A stretch of 54,495 nt of DNA. Source: an uncultured Gammaproteobacteria bacterium. GTDB lineage: Bacteria > Patescibacteriota > Microgenomatia > UBA8517. The notes below the pieces were generated by a model. The model was not told where the DNA came from and did no database searches. It worked only from the letters and a program-made list of their open reading frames with translations. The first letter of the stretch is position 1, and every line of letters begins with the position of its first letter. Shown piece after piece: positions 47,315-54,495 of this stretch. The stretch lies in NCBI GenBank assembly GCA_964395115.1, contig CAYMZX010000007.1:1-54495 (forward strand). Reading direction: 5' to 3'. A program made the position numbers and the translations under genes.

Positions 47315-47932
47315 TTGGCGATGCTAGGAAAAAAAATAATAGAAGAAAAAGAGTCTAAAGTAAACGGCAAAATCATTGTTGTCAGAAGCCCAGTATTTGG
47401 CACCTACCTTCAAGTGGAAGGCCTTACTCAATCCGGCGGTGTCGTCTCTGATGTCTGGCGAACGACGCTATGGAAAATAAAAAAATTCAAAATAAAAAAT
47501 TGCTTGATTTTAGGATTGGGGGGAGGAAGCGCGGCCCTTCTCGTTAAAAGATTTTGGTCGGATGCAAAAATCACCGGGGTTGATATAGATCCGGTAATGG
47601 TTGAATTGGGTAAAAAATATTTAGGCCTGAAAAAGGTCAGGGTGGTGATTAAAGATGCCGAAGATTTCATAAAAAAAACAAAAAGGAAATTTGACTTGAT
47701 TCTTGTTGATACCTATGTTGGTTATGAATACCCGGAAAAATTTGAAAAAGATGAGTTTGCTTATTCCGTTAAAAAATGTTTAAACAAAGGCGGTATAGCG
47801 ATTTTCAATCGATTGTATTCCGGAGAGAAGAGGGCCGCGGTTTTGCGGTTTGGGAGGAGGCTTGAGAAAATTTTTTCCAAAGTGGATTTTGTTTATCCCG
47901 AAGCAAACCTGACGCTTCTTTGTTACAATTGA
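47315..47932 (+). CDS. SAM-dependent methyltransferase (spermidine synthase-like)
   Basis: ILGLGGG, GVDIDP, FDLILVD. The true start may be ATG 47321. Confidence 0.85.
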   Translation: MAMLGKKIIEEKESKVNGKIIVVRSPVFGTYLQVEGLTQSGGVVSDVWRTTLWKIKKFKIKNCLILGLGGGSAALLVKRFWSDAKITGVDIDPVMVELGKKYLGLKKVRVVIKDAEDFIKKTKRKFDLILVDTYVGYEYPEKFEKDEFAYSVKKCLNKGGIAIFNRLYSGEKRAAVLRFGRRLEKIFSKVDFVYPEANLTLLCYN

Positions 47933-47962
47933 AATACTTGAACAAAAGAATCGGAATTCCGT

Positions 47963-50674
47963 ATGCTTAAAATTTTAACAAGATTTTTGGATATAAACCA
48001 AAGAGAAATCGAAAGATTACAAAAGATTGTCGATAGAATAAACGATTTGGAGGCGGGAGTTAAAAAATTAAAAGACAAAGATTTCTCTCAGAAGACCCTT
48101 GAGTTTAAGGAGAGACTTCAAAAAGGAGAAACCCTCGAAGATCTTCTGCCCGAAGCGTATGCTTTGGTTCGAGAAGCCTCCTGGCGGACAATAGGCCTTA
48201 GGCCCTTTGACGTTCAGCTGATAGCGGCGGCAGCCCTTTTTGAAGGCAAGGTCGCCGAACAAAAAACCGGGGAAGGAAAGACACTTTCGGCCGTTCCTGC
48301 TTTATATCTTAGGGCTTTAACGGGAAAAGGGGTCCATTTGGTAACGGTAAACGATTATCTAGCTAGAAGAGATGCGGGATGGAACGGACCGATTTTTCAT
48401 TTATTAGGACTCTCGGTCGGCTCCATTATCCAAGAAGGAAAGTCATTTCTATATGATCCGGAATATCTCGATACTAGCCACGGCGATGAACGTTTGGCTC
48501 ACCTAAGACCGGTTGAAAGGAAAACTGCCTACCAAGCAGATGTGACTTACGGAACGAATAACGAATTTGGCTTTGATTACCTCCGCGATAACATGGTTAG
48601 TTCGTTAGAAGAGATGGTTCAAAGGGGACACAATTTTGCCATTGTTGACGAGGTGGACTCGGTTTTAATAGATGAAGCTAGGACCCCGCTGATTATTTCT
48701 GCTCCCGATACCGAACCGACCGACAAATACTACAAATTCGCCCAGCTGGTTGAGAAACTCAATCCCGATACAGACTACAAAATTGATGAAAAGGCCAAAA
48801 GTGCTACCCTCACCGAGCATGGTATCTCTAAGGTTGAGAAAATTTTGGGCGTACCCAATCTTTACGAAAAAGATTTCGAAGCGATTCATCACATCGAAAA
48901 CGCCCTGAGGGCTAAAACTCTTTATTTGAGAGATAAAGATTATGTTGTTAAAGATAACCAGGTAATTATCGTTGATGAATTTACCGGTCGGTTGATGTTC
49001 GGCAGGCGCTGGTCGGATGGGCTTCATCAGGCAGTTGAAGCCAAGGAAGGAGTGGTTATCCAGCAGGAAAGCAAAACCCTAGCCACGATCTCTTTTCAAA
49101 ACTACTTCAGAATGTATGAACACCTTTCGGGAATGACGGGAACGGCGGCTACCGAGGCGGAAGAGTTCAAACAAATCTACAAGCTTGATGTCATTGTTGT
49201 TCCCACACACAAAAAGATGATTCGGAAAGATTATCCCGACGTTGTCTATAAGACGTTGAGGGCTAAATACGGCGCGGTAGTGGCCGAAATTGAAGAATTA
49301 TACAAAAAAGGACAACCGGTTCTAGTAGGGACAACTTCTATCGAAAAAAATGAAATAATTTCCGAATATCTTAAAAGAAAAAAGATTCCCCACAATGTCC
49401 TCAATGCCAAGAATCACGAAAAAGAAGCGGCGATTATAGCCGAGGCAGGCAAGCCAGGAACGGTGACGGTAGCCACCAACATGGCCGGTCGGGGAGTCGA
49501 TATTGTTTTGGGGGGAGCCATGCCCGACAGGCCGCCCGATATCCCCCCAGAAAAATATGAGAAAATACCCGGGTTTAAGGAATGGAAAGAGGCTCACAAC
49601 AAAGTAGTGGCTCTGGGAGGTCTACACGTTCTTGGTACCGAGAGACACGAAGCCAGACGGGTTGATAATCAGCTTCGAGGACGCGCTGGTCGCCAGGGTG
49701 ATCCCGGTTCCTCCAGATTTTATCTTTCTTTGGAAGATGATCTGATGAGAATTTTTGGAGGTGAACAGATAAGTTCGTTAATGGAAAAACTGAAAATACC
49801 CGAAGACCAACCGATAGAGAATTCTCTTGTTTCCCGTGCTATCGAACAGGCTCAGGTCAAGGTTGAAGGATTCCATTTTGATATTAGAAAAAGACTGGTT
49901 GAATTCGACGATGTGGCCAATCAACAGCGGGAAATCATTTACAAACTTCGAAGAAGAATTTTGGAGTCCGAAGACTTGAAAGAGGAGGTTTTAAAGAAAT
50001 TAGAAGACCGAATCGATAAGATGGTTGAATTTTCTTGGAATGACGCAAGAGATGAATACGACTATGACCGATTGATGGCGTCTTATTTGGAGATTATTCC
50101 GTTTGACGAAGCTTCGCTAGAAAGGATTAAAAAGCAAGTCCGAAAATTTGAGAAAGGGGAGGAGATTAAAAAATTCTTAAAGGATGTTTTAAGAGATATT
50201 CATCGGACTAGGGAAGCGCAAATAGGCGAGAAAGTAATGAGACAGATTGAGAAATATGCCTATCTGGGTTCGATTGATCATCTCTGGATGGACCACATCG
50301 ACACCATCGATGATTTGAGGGAAGGAGTATCTCTCCGCGCTTACGGACAAAGGGATCCGTTGGTTGAGTTTAAAAACGAGGCTTACAATCTGTTTGAAAG
50401 TTTAATTGATCGAATCAATGAAGAACTTTCTCGTCGTCTTTTCCGAATTGGAATTGCGGTGCCGACTTCCGAAATTCCGTTAGAGCAAGCCCGGGCGAAT
50501 GTCGACACTCGCGATTTGGTCGGATTGGTAGGTGGAGCCGAAGAGGCCGCCGTCGCCGGCGAGCCGGCCTTTAGTCGGTCTCCCGCGTCGTCGAAGAAGG
50601 TTGGCAGAAATGATCCCTGTCCCTGTGGCTCTGGGAAGAAATATAAGAAATGTCATTATCCGCAGTACGGTTAA
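47963..50674 (+). CDS. secA: Protein translocase ATPase SecA
   Basis: KTGEGKT, DEVD, ATNMAGRG, QLRGRAGRQGDPG, C-terminal CPCGSGKKYKKC. Confidence 0.99.
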   Translation: MLKILTRFLDINQREIERLQKIVDRINDLEAGVKKLKDKDFSQKTLEFKERLQKGETLEDLLPEAYALVREASWRTIGLRPFDVQLIAAAALFEGKVAEQKTGEGKTLSAVPALYLRALTGKGVHLVTVNDYLARRDAGWNGPIFHLLGLSVGSIIQEGKSFLYDPEYLDTSHGDERLAHLRPVERKTAYQADVTYGTNNEFGFDYLRDNMVSSLEEMVQRGHNFAIVDEVDSVLIDEARTPLIISAPDTEPTDKYYKFAQLVEKLNPDTDYKIDEKAKSATLTEHGISKVEKILGVPNLYEKDFEAIHHIENALRAKTLYLRDKDYVVKDNQVIIVDEFTGRLMFGRRWSDGLHQAVEAKEGVVIQQESKTLATISFQNYFRMYEHLSGMTGTAATEAEEFKQIYKLDVIVVPTHKKMIRKDYPDVVYKTLRAKYGAVVAEIEELYKKGQPVLVGTTSIEKNEIISEYLKRKKIPHNVLNAKNHEKEAAIIAEAGKPGTVTVATNMAGRGVDIVLGGAMPDRPPDIPPEKYEKIPGFKEWKEAHNKVVALGGLHVLGTERHEARRVDNQLRGRAGRQGDPGSSRFYLSLEDDLMRIFGGEQISSLMEKLKIPEDQPIENSLVSRAIEQAQVKVEGFHFDIRKRLVEFDDVANQQREIIYKLRRRILESEDLKEEVLKKLEDRIDKMVEFSWNDARDEYDYDRLMASYLEIIPFDEASLERIKKQVRKFEKGEEIKKFLKDVLRDIHRTREAQIGEKVMRQIEKYAYLGSIDHLWMDHIDTIDDLREGVSLRAYGQRDPLVEFKNEAYNLFESLIDRINEELSRRLFRIGIAVPTSEIPLEQARANVDTRDLVGLVGGAEEAAVAGEPAFSRSPASSKKVGRNDPCPCGSGKKYKKCHYPQYG

Positions 50675-50678
50675 AAAA

Positions 50679-51218
50679 ATGATTAAATTTCGAAAATACT
50701 CCAAGTATCTTGGCTTGCCGTTGGCAATATTAATAAGCGTTTTGATTTTTACTTTTAGGGACAAATTTACCGAATTGAAAGCTTACGGTTATTTTGGAAT
50801 TTTTCTTCTTAGTGTTTTAGGAAACGCCACCATTATTCTTCCGATTCCGGTTATTTTAGCCGCCTTTTTGGGTGGGGGAATTTTCAATCCGTTTTGGGTG
50901 GCGGTGGTCGTTTCTCTCGGTTCAGCCATCGGCGAGCTTACCGGTTATCTTGCCGGGATAAGCGGAAGAGAAGTGATCAAAGAAAAAGAAAGATTGATCA
51001 GAATAAGAGAGTGGATGAACAAATGGGGATTGTGGATAATTTTTTTTCTGGCCGCAATCCCCAATTTTCTTTTTGACCTGGCCGGAATTGTGTCGGGAGC
51101 GTCAAAAATTCCCGTTCATAGATTTATCCTTGTGACTTGGGCGGGAAAGTTTATTCGTTACCTCCTTATTGCTTATCTCGGGGCGGGTTCGGCCCAGGCA
51201 CTTGAAAAGTTTTTCTAA
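50679..51218 (+). CDS. DedA/VTT family membrane protein
   Basis: ATG 50679; GSAIGELTGY, IPNFLFD..G, GKFIRY. Confidence 0.85.
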   Translation: MIKFRKYSKYLGLPLAILISVLIFTFRDKFTELKAYGYFGIFLLSVLGNATIILPIPVILAAFLGGGIFNPFWVAVVVSLGSAIGELTGYLAGISGREVIKEKERLIRIREWMNKWGLWIIFFLAAIPNFLFDLAGIVSGASKIPVHRFILVTWAGKFIRYLLIAYLGAGSAQALEKFF

Positions 51219-51260
51219 AAAACCTCAAATAATCCGAATAATAAGCTATAATGATCGTGC

Positions 51261-53123
51261 ATGTGCGGTATTGCCGGCAAGGTTTTCTTAGATCAAAAGG
51301 AAGTCGCTCTCCCGGACTTGAAAAAGATGTCTGATAAAATTGCCCACCGGGGGCCAGACGACGAGGGCTTTTATATTTCTCCGGATAGAAAAGTAGGTTT
51401 GGTCAATCGCCGGTTAGCTATTATCGATTTATCTTCCAAAGGACACCAGCCAATGAGTTATAAAGGAAGGTATTTTATTACTTTCAACGGCGAAATTTAT
51501 AACTTCCGAGATCTTAGAACGAGTTTGGAGAAGGAACAATACCGATTTAAATCCAGGACTGACACCGAAGTTATTTTAGCCCTATATGACAGATGGGGGA
51601 CTAAATGTCTGAAATATCTTAGAGGAATGTTTGCTTTTGCCATTTACGACGCCAAAGAAAAGACTATTTTTCTGGCCCGAGACAGATTAGGCAAAAAACC
51701 TCTCAAATATTTTTTTGAAAAAAATGTCTTAATCTTCGCCTCGGAACTAAAAGCCATTTTGACACAAAAGGAGGTGGAGAAAACTCCGGATTGGAATGCC
51801 GTCAATAATTTTTTGACCTTTGGCTATGTTCCCGCCCCAAGGACGGGATTTGTGGGAATTAACAAGCTGGAACCGGGGCACTTTCTATTTTTAGATCTTA
51901 AGAAAAAGAAAATAACAAAAGAGCGCTACTGGTTTCTAGATTTTTCTGAAAAAATGTCTTTGAGCGAAGGTGAATGGATTGAAAAAATTCTTAATCTGGT
52001 TAAAGAAGCGGTCTCTCTAAGAACGGTTAGCGATGTGCCCCTTGGGGTATTTCTTTCAGGTGGGGTTGACTCGAGTGTGATTACCGCCGTACTGGCCAAT
52101 CTTTCTAAAGAGAAGATAAAAACTTTTACTATCGGCTTTAAGCAGCAAGGATTCAGCGAGGTAAAGTATGCCGAAAGATTGGCTAAACTTTATCAAACTG
52201 AACACACCGTTATGATAGCCGAACCTTCTTCCGTAGAGATACTTTCCCAATTAGCTCGCCAGTTTGAAGAACCATTTGCCGACTCAAGCAATATTATTAC
52301 TTACATGGTCAGTAAGCTGGCAAGAAAAGAGGTAAAGGTGATATTAAACGGAGACGGTGGTGACGAGAATTTTGCCGGATATGACAGATATTTTCGATTA
52401 GAGAGAGACGCCGCGCTTGAACCTTATTTATTTTTCTTGAGGACCTTTGGAATTCCTCTATCAACCATTTTAAGAAAGGAAAGGATAAAAAGATTTTTGG
52501 AAAAATCTAAACTGCCTTTTTCTCATCGATATGTAACTTACAACTGTTTTCTTCTTAACGAAGACAAGAAGGAGATTTTTACTTCCCGGTTTAAACACTT
52601 GACCATGGAAAATAATTCCTATCAAAAAATGGAGGAAAAATTTTTCGAGTCCAAGCTTCATAATCTGGAGGATGCCGCTCTTTACGCCGATATTTCAATG
52701 TATTTACCGGACGATTTACTGGCAAAGATGGACATCGCCTCGATGGCCGTTTCCTTGGAGGTGCGTTCTCCCCTTTTGGATCACAATTTAGTTGAGCTGG
52801 CGGCTAAGATCCCCTTTTCTTTGAAGGTCAAGGGAAAAACGCTCAAATACATTTTGAAGAGAGCGGCCGAAAGAGTGGTGCCAAAAGAAAATTTGTATCG
52901 ACCAAAAATGGGATTTAGCATACCTCTGGCTTATTGGTTTTCCGGCGAATTAAAAAAATTTACCCGCAGTTCTCTCCTTTCAAAAAAAGCGAAGTCCGAA
53001 GGTTTATTTAAGCGGGATATTGTTGAAAAAATGCTTGCCGGTCATACTCCGGAGAATGATTTAAGCGCCAAACTTTGGGCGCTTCTTACTTTGGAATTGT
53101 GGCTTAAAGAATATTTCGGCTAG
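51261..53123 (+). CDS. asnB: Asparagine synthase (glutamine-hydrolysing) family amidotransferase
   Basis: MCGIAG, HRGPD, FNGEIYN, LSGGVDSS, GDGGDE. Confidence 0.95.
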   Translation: MCGIAGKVFLDQKEVALPDLKKMSDKIAHRGPDDEGFYISPDRKVGLVNRRLAIIDLSSKGHQPMSYKGRYFITFNGEIYNFRDLRTSLEKEQYRFKSRTDTEVILALYDRWGTKCLKYLRGMFAFAIYDAKEKTIFLARDRLGKKPLKYFFEKNVLIFASELKAILTQKEVEKTPDWNAVNNFLTFGYVPAPRTGFVGINKLEPGHFLFLDLKKKKITKERYWFLDFSEKMSLSEGEWIEKILNLVKEAVSLRTVSDVPLGVFLSGGVDSSVITAVLANLSKEKIKTFTIGFKQQGFSEVKYAERLAKLYQTEHTVMIAEPSSVEILSQLARQFEEPFADSSNIITYMVSKLARKEVKVILNGDGGDENFAGYDRYFRLERDAALEPYLFFLRTFGIPLSTILRKERIKRFLEKSKLPFSHRYVTYNCFLLNEDKKEIFTSRFKHLTMENNSYQKMEEKFFESKLHNLEDAALYADISMYLPDDLLAKMDIASMAVSLEVRSPLLDHNLVELAAKIPFSLKVKGKTLKYILKRAAERVVPKENLYRPKMGFSIPLAYWFSGELKKFTRSSLLSKKAKSEGLFKRDIVEKMLAGHTPENDLSAKLWALLTLELWLKEYFG

Positions 53124-53170
53124 AATACAAACCATTCAATATAAAAATTATTGTTATAATTCGCAAAAGT

Positions 53171-53830
53171 ATGGAAAGAAGAAGACCGGTTCGCAAAGAA
53201 GATATTTTTTTGACCGAAATAGAATGCGTGGCTGCCTATAAAGCTGAAAGTTTGAACCCGTTTGTTTTGGAGAAAATGGGCAGACATGAAGAGGCGCAAA
53301 TGCTTTCTTTTGCCATCGGCGTTCTTGAAGAGAATAATCTTATGGGACGGGCGGAAAAACGAGCCGAGGAATTGAGACGGCTAGAAGTTCCTCCGGAAGA
53401 ATCTGCCGAAAAAAAGTGGCAGCAAACATCCTTTTTAAATCCCGAAAAAAAGATAGAGCAATTGCACAATCGATACAAAAGGACGGCAATTATTCGGAAG
53501 GATGTAGATTATCAGAGAAAACGGAGGTTAAGAAATTTGGGAGTCTCGGCGGCCAAAAAAAGGGAAAAGCTTTACCCAAAAATTGATAAGGCAATTGCTC
53601 GATTGCAGCTTTTAGGATTGTGGGGGTTTATCTCAAAACCCGGCCGACTGACTTATAAAGAAATAGAGTTTATAAGAAAAATAATAAGGGAATATCGCGA
53701 GCCAATTCGGGATCTTGACTCATCCGAAGGTTTCACCATTTATCCTAATCTGGCTTCTTGGTTTGTCGATATATATGGAGGCGAATCTTATATCGAGAGC
53801 CTCCAGAAAGACGAAGTCGATCAGAGTTGA
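53171..53830 (+). CDS. Hypothetical protein
   Basis: 219-aa ORF with TATAAT 10 nt upstream; no recognised motif. Confidence 0.65.
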   Translation: MERRRPVRKEDIFLTEIECVAAYKAESLNPFVLEKMGRHEEAQMLSFAIGVLEENNLMGRAEKRAEELRRLEVPPEESAEKKWQQTSFLNPEKKIEQLHNRYKRTAIIRKDVDYQRKRRLRNLGVSAAKKREKLYPKIDKAIARLQLLGLWGFISKPGRLTYKEIEFIRKIIREYREPIRDLDSSEGFTIYPNLASWFVDIYGGESYIESLQKDEVDQS

Positions 53831-53869
53831 CAAACCTATATTGTTAAGATTATACTGCCTCACGTCGGA

Positions 53870-54495
53870 ATGGAAGAAGAAAATCAAAATAATACACCGG
53901 TTCAAGAGAGTCAAGAAACCGCCTCTTCCCCGGATATTGGCTTTCCTGTTTCTAGTTCCAAACCCAGGTTTAAGTTAAATAAATGGATACTGATCGTTAT
54001 CGGACTATTAATTTTAGGGGGTGGGGGCGCTTATCTCTTTTCCAAAGGTCAAAAGGAAGAGGAAGAGATTATTCCGACGCCGCCGCCGGTGGAAGAGTAT
54101 GAAACCCCGACTCCAATTCCAACCCCGGCTGCCACCCCGGCAGATAAAACGAAAATATCAATAGAAATTCAAAATGGGACCGGCATTACCGGCGAAGCCG
54201 CCTACTTGCAAGGACAACTTAAAGATCTTGGCTACACGGATATAAAAATAGGGAATGCGGAAACGCAAGATGCCAGCGATACCGTAGTCACTTTCGTTAA
54301 AGGGATTTCTCAAGAAGTTCAAGACGAAATTGTCAAAAAACTCGAAGAAATTTATAAAAAGGTTAAGACTAAAACTTCCAGCACCCAAAAAGTTAGCGTT
54401 TTGGTAGTAACCGGTCTTAGGAAAGGGGCTACTCCAAAACCGACTCCCAGCCCTGCACCTTCACCTACCATCACCCCCACTCCTACCCCCACCCC
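53870..54495 (+). CDS. LytR C-terminal domain membrane protein, runs off the window
   Basis: Not in the ORF track: MEEENQNN...TM...PT-rich...IEIQNGTGITGEAA..L..LGY..I.IGNA. Promoter TTGACA-18-TATACT at 53827-53856. Confidence 0.85.
   Translation, partial: MEEENQNNTPVQESQETASSPDIGFPVSSSKPRFKLNKWILIVIGLLILGGGGAYLFSKGQKEEEEIIPTPPPVEEYETPTPIPTPAATPADKTKISIEIQNGTGITGEAAYLQGQLKDLGYTDIKIGNAETQDASDTVVTFVKGISQEVQDEIVKKLEEIYKKVKTKTSSTQKVSVLVVTGLRKGATPKPTPSPAPSPTITPTPTPT

Noticed and set aside
50532-50678. Long N-terminal extension of the DedA ORF
   Set aside because: It overlaps the secA 3' end; ATG 50679 is the plausible start.

Overview
A ~54.5 kb bacterial chromosome segment. Gene content and style (recA-recX-rny, secDF, secA, short AspRS, class I LysRS, many conserved hypotheticals, near-leaderless housekeeping genes) point, by inference, to a Patescibacteria/CPR organism of the Microgenomates type. 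Most of it is housekeeping: recA, recX, rny, hup, an ABC exporter, miaA, RNase P RNA, dtd, secD/F/A, a CCA-adding enzyme, recJ, a RelA/SpoT homologue, aspS, gltX, lysS, serS, lon, guaB, a split guaA, greA, rarA, asnB, tRNA-Gln(CTG) and tRNA-Glu(CTC). Three things stand out. (1) Five or six accessory genes (28.9-30.0 kb and 37.1-40.4 kb) share a cassette layout of promoter, boxA-like GYWCWTTNAMAA motif, strong Shine-Dalgarno, ORF and long 3' hairpin, whereas housekeeping genes start 6-11 nt after a -10 box with no SD. (2) An unannotated ~410-nt, highly structured non-coding unit with its own promoter, palindromic operator and terminator converges on the RNase P RNA. (3) A canonical -1 frameshift signal (C CCT TTA plus an 11-bp stem) joins a secreted peptide to a 3D-like domain in one cassette gene. 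All assignments come from reading motifs by eye; no searches or folding programs were run.
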